Virus record (IMG/VR): IMGVR_UViG_3300042905_002653
Span: 1 to 53,647 of that record
Length of the DNA: 53,647 nucleotides
Direction: 5' to 3' (one strand)
Source of the DNA: a virus
Lineage: Duplodnaviria; Caudoviricetes
In this document: one piece after another, positions 17,167 through 25,965 of the stretch
How the letters are laid out: each line of letters begins with the position of its first letter
Numbering within the stretch: position 1 is the stretch's first letter
The notes under the pieces: generated by a model
Database searches by the model: none
Told to the model about the DNA's origin: nothing
Seen by the model: only the letters and a program-made list of their open reading frames with translations
Position numbers and translations under genes: made by a program

Positions 17167-17577
17167 ATGAAGCCTAGAGAGGACGGTCAAGAGGACTTCT
17201 GCATGGTTGGATTCGAGGCCATCAGCGAGCTGGTGGGTGCTGCCACCCGGGAGAAGCGGCTGCAGCCCCGCGACGGAACGGTGTTGTGGATGGTGGTGGC
17301 CAGCGTCAACTGGCGCAGCGGGCGGGCCAGCGTGACGGCCGCGGCCATTGCCAGCGACCTGGGGCTCAAGATGACGCAGTGCGCCTCCTCGATCCGACGG
17401 CTGCAGGCCGAGGGTTTGATCGCCCGCGGCATCGACCCCAGATCGCGGCACTCGTTCTTCCTGCTCAACCCCCGCTTGAGCTGGGTTGGGTCAACGCAAC
17501 GCCGCGGCCACCTCTACAAGCAATGGGACGAGCTGACGAAGATCCCCAAGCTGGATGAGTTGGACGAGGCTGGGTAG
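17167..17577 (+). CDS. Winged-helix protein, RepL-like
   Basis: IASDLGLKMTQCASSIRRLQAEGLI followed by FLLNPRLSWVG. Confidence 0.65.
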   Translation: MKPREDGQEDFCMVGFEAISELVGAATREKRLQPRDGTVLWMVVASVNWRSGRASVTAAAIASDLGLKMTQCASSIRRLQAEGLIARGIDPRSRHSFFLLNPRLSWVGSTQRRGHLYKQWDELTKIPKLDELDEAG

Positions 17578-17589
17578 GGTGTGACTGCT

Positions 17590-17603
17590 CTCCACCGCTG
17601 CAG
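17590..17603. promoter_or_regulatory. Palindrome variant before ORF 17606
   Basis: CTCCACCGCTGCAG, 2 bp before the ATG. Confidence 0.55.
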
Positions 17604-17605
17604 CG

Positions 17606-17938
17606 ATGTCTGCCAACCAGTCGGCCAACGTCTACCTGGACAGCGCGGTGCGGTGTGCGATGAGCAAGTTCAACGGGTCGGTGGTGCCGCTGTGGCGCAT
17701 CTGGCGGCGGATTGTTGAGCTCGGTGCTGCAGCCCCAGCGTTCATCGCCCCGCAGGTCACGGCGGTCCAAGCACGGGTGACGGGCTTGAACGCACTCACC
17801 AAGTCGGCGCTGGCGGCGCTGCTGCTGGCGGACTGGGGGGAGACGGTGGACCCGGACAATTTCACCAAGAACCAGCTGATCGAGAAGGTGCTGGCCTACG
17901 AGGGCACTTGGGTGGAAGTGGGCTACACGGTCGGTTGA
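17606..17938 (+). CDS. Hypothetical protein
   Basis: Clean ORF with phage-like codon usage, preceded by a palindrome variant. Confidence 0.65.
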   Translation: MSANQSANVYLDSAVRCAMSKFNGSVVPLWRIWRRIVELGAAAPAFIAPQVTAVQARVTGLNALTKSALAALLLADWGETVDPDNFTKNQLIEKVLAYEGTWVEVGYTVG

Positions 17939-18068
17939 GCTACATTGTGATGACCTGCTGGGGTGGTTCCCGGGGTTCCACTGAATCGAGAGCAGCAGCG
18001 AAAGCTCTGATTCATGTGATTCGGTGGTGGTGTGAGGGCCTTTCTGCTCCGGCAGGGGGGCTCTCTGC

Positions 18069-19832
18069 ATGAGCGTCTACCCCATCCCGCCCGAACTGGG
18101 CATCGGCCGGTTCGCGTACTTCTTCTGCTACATCCTGCGGGAGCTGGGGCTGGCCGAGGAGCCGACCAAGCAGCAGCTGCGGATCTGCGAATGGGATGAG
18201 GTGGGCCCCGACCGGACGGTGACGGTTGGGTTCCGCGGGATTGCCAAGAGCACGATCAGCGGCGCCAGGGCGCTGCATCGGCTGCGCATCGACCCGGAGG
18301 GGGAGAAGATCCTGATCCCCGGTGCGACCGAGACCAAGGCCGAGGAGATCACCACCTTCATGCAGCGGTGCATCCGGGAGATCGACCTGCTGCAGTGCTT
18401 GGCGCCAAGGGATAACCAGCGGCAGTCCGTGCTGGCGTTTGATGTGGGCCCAGCAATCATCGGCGGTGACGGTGCGCCATCGGTGCGGGCGTGCGGGATC
18501 CTCAGCCCCTCGTTGACCGGCAAGCGGGCCACGATGATCATCCCGGATGACATCGAGACGCTCACCAACTCGATCACACCGCTGAAGCAGGAGCGGTTGT
18601 GGCAGGCCACCACGGAGTTCGAGTCGATCCTGCTGCCGGATGCGGGGCAGCCGCTGCCGCGGCAGATCAGCTTCCGCGGCACGCCGCACCTCGAAACCTC
18701 GATGTACTGGCGGCTGGTGCGCGAGCGCGGGTACAAGATGCGGATGTGGCCGGCCCGCTACCCCAAGCCGGATGAGCTGGATGTCTACGACGGCTGCCTC
18801 GACCCGCTGATGGTGGAGGAGGTGACCACCCATCCGCAGCTGGTGGGTGAGCCGACGGACCCCGAACGGTTCGATGACACGGAGCTGGTCAAGCGGGAGA
18901 CGGGCAGCACCAAGGCCAGCTGGCAGCTGCAGTACATGCTCAACTGCCGGCTGAGCACCCTCGACAAGTTCCCCATCCGCCTGGGGGATCTGATCGTGAT
19001 GGCGCTGGACGGGAAGGCGCTGCCGGAGGTGGTGAGCTGGGCATCAGGGTCGGAGCAGCGGATCAACGAGCTGCCCTGCGTGGGCCTTGGCGCTGACCGC
19101 TACTACCACCGGCCGATGACCGTTCAGGGGTGGCTGGCGAAGGCAGAGAAGTGGCGCAGCGTGCTGGCGATCGACCCATCCGGCCGCGGCAGTGACGAAC
19201 TGGCCTGGGCGGTGGTGGCAGAGCTGAACGGCAACCTGTTCCTGCTCGAATCCGGTGGCACCACCCGAGGGTATGAGGACGATGTGCTGGTGATGCTGGC
19301 GAAGATCGCCAAGCGGTGGGAGGTGAACGCTGTGATCCCTGAGCCCAACTTCGGCGATGGGATGTTCAGCAAGATCCTGCAGCCGGTGATGCAGCGCATC
19401 TACCCCTGCTCAATCGAGGAGGCGCCCAGATCAGCTGGGCAGAAGGAGCGGCGCATCATCGACGTGCTGGCGCCACTGGTGCAGCAGCACCGGCTCGTAG
19501 TGAACAGCGAGCTGATCCGCAAGGACTGGGAGGGCGCAGAGCGGGACGTGGACACGGGCCACCCTCGGTCACTGATGTACCAGCTGAGCCGGATCACGAC
19601 CGACCGGGGGAGCCTGCTGTACTACGACCGGATCGACGCCCTGGCGATCGCTGCAGCCCATTTCGTGGAAGCCGCGGCCCAGGACCAGGAGCGAGCAGCC
19701 CGAAGGCGCCAGGAGGAGCTGGTAGAGGCCTCCCTGGCGGCGTGGTTCGATGAGACGGGGGCGCGTGTGGATGCGCTGGCGCTGGGGATCATCCCAAAGG
19801 GCAGCGGCGCCACCGGTGGCGTCAGGCGCTAG
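18069..19832 (+). CDS. terL: Terminase large subunit (T7 gp19-like)
   Basis: Walker A GFRGIAKS, LTGKRA, Walker B IIPDDIE, GTPH, nuclease IDPSGRGSDE, NFGDGMF, DRIDALA. Confidence 0.95.
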   Translation: MSVYPIPPELGIGRFAYFFCYILRELGLAEEPTKQQLRICEWDEVGPDRTVTVGFRGIAKSTISGARALHRLRIDPEGEKILIPGATETKAEEITTFMQRCIREIDLLQCLAPRDNQRQSVLAFDVGPAIIGGDGAPSVRACGILSPSLTGKRATMIIPDDIETLTNSITPLKQERLWQATTEFESILLPDAGQPLPRQISFRGTPHLETSMYWRLVRERGYKMRMWPARYPKPDELDVYDGCLDPLMVEEVTTHPQLVGEPTDPERFDDTELVKRETGSTKASWQLQYMLNCRLSTLDKFPIRLGDLIVMALDGKALPEVVSWASGSEQRINELPCVGLGADRYYHRPMTVQGWLAKAEKWRSVLAIDPSGRGSDELAWAVVAELNGNLFLLESGGTTRGYEDDVLVMLAKIAKRWEVNAVIPEPNFGDGMFSKILQPVMQRIYPCSIEEAPRSAGQKERRIIDVLAPLVQQHRLVVNSELIRKDWEGAERDVDTGHPRSLMYQLSRITTDRGSLLYYDRIDALAIAAAHFVEAAAQDQERAARRRQEELVEASLAAWFDETGARVDALALGIIPKGSGATGGVRR

Positions 19833-20088
19833 CCGGCGGGCGGATCGGCACCACCTTGGCCTTCTCCTCCAGCGTGCCGAAGCTGTGCAGCTTGCTGGCC
19901 ATCCGCTTCATCGCATCAGCAGCGGTGCCCTCGATCGGTGCGGCGCTGATGTTGTTCTGCTTCATCAGCTGGGTGAACAGTCGCCGATCCTCGGCGCTGG
20001 CATCACCGTTGCGGATCTTTTCGACCAGCTCATTGACGATGAGCTTGTGGCCCTCGTCATAGAGCTCTCGCAAATCGCTATCAGCCAC
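19822..20088 (-). CDS. terS: Terminase small subunit (T7 gp18-like)
   Basis: HKLIVNELVEKIRNGDASAED...QLMKQNNI; GTG start assumed. Confidence 0.75.
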   Translation of the reverse strand: MADSDLRELYDEGHKLIVNELVEKIRNGDASAEDRRLFTQLMKQNNISAAPIEGTAADAMKRMASKLHSFGTLEEKAKVVPIRPPASA

Positions 20089-20090
20089 GG

Positions 20091-20104
20091 TTGCATGGGT
20101 GCAG
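20091..20104. promoter_or_regulatory. Palindrome variant between divergent terS and endolysin
   Basis: TTGCATGGGTGCAG. Confidence 0.65.
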
Positions 20105-20116
20105 AGATCTGTCCCC

Positions 20117-20944
20117 ATGATGACAAAGGCCCAGACTGGCGACTACGCCGAACACTTCGACCCCAGCAAGCCCAACCACCGCGATTGGTTGCTGGCGGTT
20201 CTGGGCCGGGTGATGGCGCACGAGCCCCAGTCCTTTCTTGACCCTGGCAACTCTCTGCACCGTGAATGGCTGAAAGCGCTGCTCGATCAGCTGCTGAAGC
20301 ATGAGCCGGATGCGCTGAAAGAAGGCGGCAAGCTGCGCGAGCTATGGAAGGCTGACGCCACGGTGAAGGCTGCCAACCCGCTGGTTGGCGTGCCCTACTA
20401 CAGCCAGCGCGACTCGGGCCAGGTCAGCCAGCGGGATCGAACTTGTTTCTCGTCCAGTTGCGCAATGCTCCTGGAGGCCGTCAAGCCCGGGACGCTGAAA
20501 GGGGCCAACGGAGACGACCAGTACCTGGCGGTGGTGCAGCGCTTTGGGGATACCACTGACCCAGCAGCGCAAATCAAGGCCCTGGCGCACTACGGGGTGA
20601 CGGCCGAGCGGGTGATGGATGCCGATTTCCAACTGATCGAGCGTCAGATCGCCCGCGGCATCCCCGTGCCCTGCGGCTATCTGCATCGCGGTCATGTTGA
20701 CCGGCCGCAAGGCGGCGGCCACTGGCTGACCGTTTATGGGCACACCTCAACCCATGTGACTGTCCACGACCCCTGGGGCGAACCCGACCTGATCAGCGGC
20801 GCCACTCTCGACGCCAACGGCAAGGGGCTGCGCTTCACCCGCCTCAACTTCGGCAAGCGATGGATGGTCGAGCCGATTGGCGGCGGTGCCCACCGCTACG
20901 CCCCTGGCAAGGGCTGGGCCATGGTCGTCCACGCCGTCCGCTGA
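20117..20944 (+). CDS. C39-like cysteine peptidase, probable endolysin
   Basis: VPYYSQRD, RTCFSSSCAML, GGHWLTVYG, VHDPWG; adjacent to holin-like genes. Confidence 0.8.
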   Translation: MMTKAQTGDYAEHFDPSKPNHRDWLLAVLGRVMAHEPQSFLDPGNSLHREWLKALLDQLLKHEPDALKEGGKLRELWKADATVKAANPLVGVPYYSQRDSGQVSQRDRTCFSSSCAMLLEAVKPGTLKGANGDDQYLAVVQRFGDTTDPAAQIKALAHYGVTAERVMDADFQLIERQIARGIPVPCGYLHRGHVDRPQGGGHWLTVYGHTSTHVTVHDPWGEPDLISGATLDANGKGLRFTRLNFGKRWMVEPIGGGAHRYAPGKGWAMVVHAVR

Positions 20945-21130
20945 CACCCACGGCAGTGCCGGCAGGCGGCCGCCAGAGAGGCCTCTGAGGCGCTTCGGGA
21001 GGCTGGTGCCGATGAAGTGGCCGGCGGGTTCGATGAAGGCCTTGAGCGCGACCAGCTGGACCATCCTGGCCAGCAGGGATGCCGCCACGATGTCCCCGAC
21101 AATGCGGACATCGTCCAGGGACCACTTCAT
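20747..21130 (-). CDS. Hypothetical membrane protein (3' end overlaps the endolysin antisense)
   Basis: ATGA-coupled to 21127-21378; hydrophobic N-terminus. Confidence 0.4.
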   Translation of the reverse strand: MKWSLDDVRIVGDIVAASLLARMVQLVALKAFIEPAGHFIGTSLPKRLRGLSGGRLPALPWVSADGVDDHGPALARGVAVGTAANRLDHPSLAEVEAGEAQPLAVGVESGAADQVGFAPGVVDSHMG

Positions 21131-21378
21131 GGGTCGTGGTGGACGAAGCGCCCCTTCTCGTCGCGGGGTCGCTCGATGCCGGCAGGCGGGCGGCGCAGCT
21201 CGGGGTTTTCGGTCCAGTAGCCCTGCTCGTAGGACTTCTTGGCCACGGAGAGGCCCATGACAGCCAGGGCGGTGTTCCAGCGCTCAGCCGTCCAGCCGCC
21301 GGTGCCGGCGTAGATCAGGCCGACGGCAACGGGAAGGATCAGGGAGATGTCGAACTGGCCGGTGATGCGTGTCCTCAT
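21127..21378 (-). CDS. Holin-like membrane protein
   Basis: Two hydrophobic segments and charged tail RDEKGRF. Confidence 0.55.
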   Translation of the reverse strand: MRTRITGQFDISLILPVAVGLIYAGTGGWTAERWNTALAVMGLSVAKKSYEQGYWTENPELRRPPAGIERPRDEKGRFVHHDP

Positions 21379-21554
21379 CGGTCGCCCTCAAGGTGCCTGA
21401 TCCGGCTTTCGTGGTTCTCAAGCCATTGCTGCACTGCCTGGAGGGTCGAGGTGATCTTGCCCTCGAAGCGACCTGTCACGAATGCGATGCGCCAGAGCGC
21501 TGCTACGCCAGCACCGCTTATGCCAAGAAGCGTGAGGGATTCGGCAATGCCCAC
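21375..21554 (-). CDS. Small TM plus coiled-coil protein (lysis cassette)
   Basis: LTLLGISGAGVAALWRIAF...LENHESRIRHLE; GTG start behind the palindrome. Confidence 0.6.
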   Translation of the reverse strand: MGIAESLTLLGISGAGVAALWRIAFVTGRFEGKITSTLQAVQQWLENHESRIRHLEGDR

Positions 21555-21565
21555 GGCGAGCTGGT

Positions 21566-21579
21566 CTGCACTGCTGCAG
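21566..21579. promoter_or_regulatory. Palindrome before the holin-like genes
   Basis: CTGCACTGCTGCAG. Confidence 0.65.
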
Positions 21580-21752
21580 CGTAACGACCAGGCAAGAGGC
21601 GGCAAGTACCCGCCGGCTGCGCTACGGCTGCACCAGATCAGACCCCATCCAGTCGCCGGGGATCGCCAGCAGCAGCGCCAACGGCAGGGGCAGGGCACCC
21701 AGCAGCCAGACCATCCCAGCAGCCACCAGGGCAACGGCAGCGGCGAATCGGA

Positions 21753-21917
21753 TCAAGCCGGGCGTTCTTCCTCCAGCAGCCACTGCGCAATCAGCCGCCA
21801 CTGGTCCGGGGAGAGCGATGGCCTGGCGTGCAGGTAGTCGGCACGTTCATCAGCATCCCGTAGCAATCGCCGGGCGAGCTGTCGCTTGTGGTCGCAAATT
21901 ACTCTTACTCGGTCCAT
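21753..21917 (-). CDS. Small hypothetical protein
   Basis: Manual translation MDRVRVICDHKRQLARRLLRDADERADYLH... Confidence 0.4.
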   Translation of the reverse strand: MDRVRVICDHKRQLARRLLRDADERADYLHARPSLSPDQWRLIAQWLLEEERPA

Positions 21918-22070
21918 TGGATCCTGACCAACGCTGCAAAAAACAGCACAGTAATCAGCAGTATGGGCGACATCCCTACTGCCAGCATCCCAACCTCGGT
22001 CCAGGAATGGTTGGGGCAGGTCATAAGAGGTAGGGCATGGTAGCGGCCGTGACTAAGGGGGGTGGGTTTG

Positions 22071-22895
22071 TTATGCGATGCGGTAGCGGACGATCACGAT
22101 GCCGGAGCCGCCGGTGGCGCCGGTGGCGGAGCCTGCGTTATTCGCCCCGCCGCCGCCGCCGCCTGTATTAGCTGTGCCGTTTGTGCAATTATTCGTGCCT
22201 GACACAGTAGAGGCTCCTTGGCCGCCGCCACCAAGGCCACCAGGTTGCGGTGTGGCCGAATTATCCGACATCCCGCCGCCGCCGCCACCGTAATAAGCAG
22301 TGCTTCCCGTAATAGACGATGCGATCCCTATCCCTCCAGCGCCACCTACTGAAACAGAAGAAATATCTGATCCGGCAGCCCCAGCACCTCCACCACCACC
22401 GCCGCTTGAACTGCCACCATAGCCGCCTTTAAATCCTTGACCGCTTGTCCCATTGCCAGGATTAGCACTACCACCACCACCACCACCACCGCTGCCGCCA
22501 TTGCCGCCATCACCAGGCCTTCCTCCATTCCCTCCGCCGAAAGCAGTTACTCCTAAAGCTGAACTGTTGCTGCCGCTTACAGCGGCTGTTGCTGAGGTGG
22601 CTCCAGATCCGCCACCGCCAACTGCGATTGTATAAGTTTGCGCATTTATTTGCATTGCCCCCGTCAGGACGCCGCCTGCGCCACCACCCCCACCCCGCAC
22701 ACGACCACCACCCCCACCACCAGCAACCACCAGATACTCAAACTCCCCACCATTCACCACCGTCAGCGTTGATGTGCCGACAGTGGCAAAGGTGTGGACG
22801 CGGTAAGTAATGCCGCTAACCGTGACTGTGGTTTCATTGCCGCCTGTGGCGGCGGGATAGGACGGACCAAACCGATAAGGATTAAGAAGCCACAT
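22071..22895 (-). CDS. Glycine-rich domain tail/virion protein
   Basis: YRVHTF, EYLVVAGGGGGG, YYGGGGGG, GGSGIVIVRY. Confidence 0.85.
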   Translation of the reverse strand: MWLLNPYRFGPSYPAATGGNETTVTVSGITYRVHTFATVGTSTLTVVNGGEFEYLVVAGGGGGGRVRGGGGGAGGVLTGAMQINAQTYTIAVGGGGSGATSATAAVSGSNSSALGVTAFGGGNGGRPGDGGNGGSGGGGGGGSANPGNGTSGQGFKGGYGGSSSGGGGGGAGAAGSDISSVSVGGAGGIGIASSITGSTAYYGGGGGGMSDNSATPQPGGLGGGGQGASTVSGTNNCTNGTANTGGGGGGANNAGSATGATGGSGIVIVRYRIA

Positions 22896-22896
22896 G

Positions 22897-23415
22897 TCAG
22901 CCCAGCCCCTCCACAAACTCAGCCGGAAGGTCGAATCCCGAGGCCAGCAATTGCATCTGCGCCGCCAGTTCGGCTGACACCAGCCCTGCACCCGCCGCAT
23001 CGCCCCAGGCAGCGAGGAACGTTGCAGGGTCGCCTTGGGCGGCCTGCCCCAGGCCCACGCCCATCATGTCGCGCAGCACTGGATTCACCGCTTCGATGGC
23101 CCACAGCAGCGCCTTGATCTCGTCGCTGCCCGCCAACGACAGAGCAAACTGCACCCACCTCGGCGTCGGAGTAACCACAGCCGGCGGCAGCTCCACCAGC
23201 TCCCACCCCTTGCGCAGCACCAGGGCATCGAGATCGACGTCCTGGGTCGGCTCCAGCCCGTAGATCGCCGGGTCGTAATCCGTGGGCGGCTCGGCCTGCT
23301 CAATCCAGAGCATCACCACCGGCGGCTCGAGGCCCACCACATCCTCATCATCCTGCCGGGGCCAGCGGATCAGCGTGTCTGAATCAGGGTTGTAAAGGAT
23401 CCTCGGCATGTTCAC
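22897..23415 (-). CDS. Hypothetical tail-associated protein
   Basis: In tail operon; WPRQDDEDVVGL motif. Confidence 0.7.
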   Translation of the reverse strand: MNMPRILYNPDSDTLIRWPRQDDEDVVGLEPPVVMLWIEQAEPPTDYDPAIYGLEPTQDVDLDALVLRKGWELVELPPAVVTPTPRWVQFALSLAGSDEIKALLWAIEAVNPVLRDMMGVGLGQAAQGDPATFLAAWGDAAGAGLVSAELAAQMQLLASGFDLPAEFVEGLG

Positions 23416-23855
23416 ACCCTCCGAACGTAAAGGCCGACCTTGAGGCCAGAGCCCGCCGTTGAGCTGCCAACCTGATCAATATCGATCGTCATCTCCGCGT
23501 CATCCGCCAGAGCTGAATCGCTAATCACTGCAGGCGTCGCCGCAGTCGTGCTGGTTTTCTCCGTGGCATCAATGCTCAATTTGGTGCTGAGCACGCTCAC
23601 GCCACCCTCGTTCACATCCACCACAAGGTTGGCGCCTGCCGGGGCCGTGGTCACGCTCGCCCGCACGCTTAGCAGCGTCGCCGCGAATGGCATCCTGAAG
23701 GTGATCTTGGCCGCGCCAGTGGTAAGTGCTGTCGGCTCATCAGAGCACGCCACCCACAGCCACTCCTCGACTATCGCAGGCCCCGGCGAGCCTCCCTCCC
23801 CGCTGTCCATGTCGAGGCCGCCGAGCAGTGGGTTGAACTTGAACTTGACGGCCAT
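23412..23855 (-). CDS. Tail-associated beta-sandwich protein
   Basis: TFRMPFA, DIDQVGSSTAGSGLKV. Confidence 0.7.
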   Translation of the reverse strand: MAVKFKFNPLLGGLDMDSGEGGSPGPAIVEEWLWVACSDEPTALTTGAAKITFRMPFAATLLSVRASVTTAPAGANLVVDVNEGGVSVLSTKLSIDATEKTSTTAATPAVISDSALADDAEMTIDIDQVGSSTAGSGLKVGLYVRRV

Positions 23856-23857
23856 GA

Positions 23858-24049
23858 TCAGCTCTTGGTAACGGTGGCCAGCAGCCCGTTGCTGTAGGTC
23901 AGCGTCAGGGTCGCAACGGTGTTCCCGAACTCCCCGCCAGCCTTGTAGACGACCTGGCTGACCTGGCCGTTCGAGTAGGTCAGGCTGATGTGGTCGTGCT
24001 CAGGGATGCCCAAGCCGCGCTGGGCCAGGCCAAAAGGTTCAGCAGCCAT
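23858..24049 (-). CDS. Small virion-associated protein
   Basis: GLGIPEHDHISLTY...VATLTLTY. Confidence 0.65.
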   Translation of the reverse strand: MAAEPFGLAQRGLGIPEHDHISLTYSNGQVSQVVYKAGGEFGNTVATLTLTYSNGLLATVTKS

Positions 24050-24075
24050 TGGGACGCAGCGGGTCTCGCCCTATT

Positions 24076-24089
24076 CTGCAGGGGTGCAG
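24076..24089. promoter_or_regulatory. Palindrome before ORF 24049
   Basis: CTGCAGGGGTGCAG, intergenic. Confidence 0.7.
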
Positions 24090-24103
24090 GACAGGCTGCC
24101 AGC

Positions 24104-24457
24104 TCACCCCCACGGCAGCGGCATCGGCACGATGGCCGGGTTGCGCTTGGCAGCCAGGACCCCCGCCAGGCCGGCGCGGAGCTGCTCGACGGTGGACTCG
24201 CCCTCGCCAGCGCGGGCGTCGATGGTGGCTTCCAGCCAGGCGATGACGGTAGCCGGGGTCAACTCGGAGTAGGCGGTGAAGTCGTCCGGGTCGGCGGCAC
24301 CCAGGGGCACATCGCCGTAGGCATCGGTGGTGTTGATGCCATCGGTGCCGAACAGCCGCCAGTGGATCTTGCGCACCACGTCGGTGAGTTCGCCCTCGGT
24401 GGGTGCGGCGTCAAGGCGCTCAATGCGCCAGGTGTAGGTGACAGTGGGCTCAGGCAT
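24104..24457 (-). CDS. Putative tail-fibre chaperone
   Basis: TYTWRI...IHW...FTAYSELT...VIAW...LPW; follows fibre genes. Confidence 0.7.
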   Translation of the reverse strand: MPEPTVTYTWRIERLDAAPTEGELTDVVRKIHWRLFGTDGINTTDAYGDVPLGAADPDDFTAYSELTPATVIAWLEATIDARAGEGESTVEQLRAGLAGVLAAKRNPAIVPMPLPWG

Positions 24458-24611
24458 TGGAGGCGTCCTCGGTGGGAGTGGGGGCTTCGATCAGCTCGAC
24501 GCCAGCCAGGAAGGCCTGGAGCTGACCAGCGGCGAACTGCTGAAGGATGGGATCACCGCTGGCGCGTGCAGCGGCGTAGGAGTTGATGAGCTGGAGCAGG
24601 GTTTCTTTCAC
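24450..24611 (-). CDS. Small hypothetical protein
   Basis: Manual translation MKETLLQLINSYAAARASGDPILQQFAA... Confidence 0.55.
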   Translation of the reverse strand: MKETLLQLINSYAAARASGDPILQQFAAGQLQAFLAGVELIEAPTPTEDASNA

Positions 24612-24616
24612 GGGGA

Positions 24617-25459
24617 TCAGGCGCCGATGAGGCCGTGCGAGGTGAGATCGTCGATGAGCGCTTTGACACGCTCAGCGAGCTGCTCGGTGGTGACGTTGGA
24701 GGTGGCGAACGTGGTGCGGGTGGCAGTGCCGCCGGCCGCTGCCCAGCCAGTCTTGCGAGACCCGACCACATTGTTGGTGCCGACCATGAAGGAATCGGCG
24801 GCGCTGGTGAGCTGGATGTTGCCGGTGACAGAAAGGCGTTCGGTGCCGCTGGTGTTGTTGATTTGGATGTTGCCTTGCGGCGTTACGCGCATACGCACGG
24901 GCAGAGTTGTATCGCCAACCTGCCGTGTTGCCAAAAGGATCTCCGTCGGAGTTGCCCCTCCTCCAGGGGTTCCATTCACTCTGGCGCTGATCCTCGCATT
25001 GCCAATAAGCGCAGTGCCATCAGAAGCACTGAAAAGAAGAATGCCAACGGTGTCTCCGTCTTGGAGTGGAGCATCGCTGCCAACGGTCGAACCCCGGCTC
25101 GCGGCCAGAATGAGGCGCGGAGTCAGATTCCCGGAGCTGGTTCCTGTAACGGCAATCGTTGCTGTTTCGGCAGTAGATCCCTCGACCTGTATAGCAGGCC
25201 TGTATTGTTCGCCTCCAAACGCGAGCCCTACCGTGAAGTTTGTCCGATCTGGGCCAATAACAATCCCTTTTGAGCTTAAAATCCTAGCCCAAGAGTAGAC
25301 ACCATCTGCCTTGATCGATGCGTACGTCTGCCCATCCGTCCCCAGCACCGTCGCACCCGGCATTGCCGCCGCGTCATACGGAATCGGCAGTGCAGTCTCC
25401 TGCAACCCCTCCGTGCGGAACCTGCGGCCTGAGCCTGTGCGGATCTTGTCGAGTGTCAT
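24617..25459 (-). CDS. Tail fibre-like protein
   Basis: RMRVTPQGNIQIN...LSVTGNI fibre repeat; C-terminus KALIDDLTSHGLIG. Confidence 0.75.
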   Translation of the reverse strand: MTLDKIRTGSGRRFRTEGLQETALPIPYDAAAMPGATVLGTDGQTYASIKADGVYSWARILSSKGIVIGPDRTNFTVGLAFGGEQYRPAIQVEGSTAETATIAVTGTSSGNLTPRLILAASRGSTVGSDAPLQDGDTVGILLFSASDGTALIGNARISARVNGTPGGGATPTEILLATRQVGDTTLPVRMRVTPQGNIQINNTSGTERLSVTGNIQLTSAADSFMVGTNNVVGSRKTGWAAAGGTATRTTFATSNVTTEQLAERVKALIDDLTSHGLIGA

Positions 25460-25962
25460 CAGGGTGCCTCTGAGTCAGGTGCGTGTGTCTGGGCTTCCAG
25501 CTCGCTGGCGCTGCCAAAGCACATCAGAGAGTTATTCGTTTCAGCCCTGATTTGCAGCCGGTCCCCCACGGTATTGGCTGGCTCTTTCAGGAGCCTGCAG
25601 CCCTGGATTTGCAGCGCCACCGTCTCCCCGGCCGGCACCAAGACCTGAGGCGTGAGCGAAATGCGAAGCGCGAAACTGCCCCGCATCTCCACGCTGACCT
25701 CAACCCATCGGGCCGTGGCAGTTGTATTGCGCACGATCAGCGGGGTCTCGATGAACACCTCGCCGGGGCGCAGCTCCCTGTCGGTATCGGCGGGATCTGG
25801 AATCGCGCCAGCATCCCCCGTCGCTGGAACTGAAAAGTCAGGCGCCTCGACAAGGGTGAACCAGGTGGTTGGGATCAGCCCGGTATCGGCTGATTGAAGC
25901 CGAGGAATGAACAGCTGGAGAGGCTTGCCGCTGCTCGGTTGGTCGGTGTTGATGCGTGGCAT
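25459..25962 (-). CDS. Tail-associated hypothetical protein
   Basis: Beta-rich ORF between fibre genes. Confidence 0.7.
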   Translation of the reverse strand: MPRINTDQPSSGKPLQLFIPRLQSADTGLIPTTWFTLVEAPDFSVPATGDAGAIPDPADTDRELRPGEVFIETPLIVRNTTATARWVEVSVEMRGSFALRISLTPQVLVPAGETVALQIQGCRLLKEPANTVGDRLQIRAETNNSLMCFGSASELEAQTHAPDSEAP

Positions 25963-25965
25963 GGA

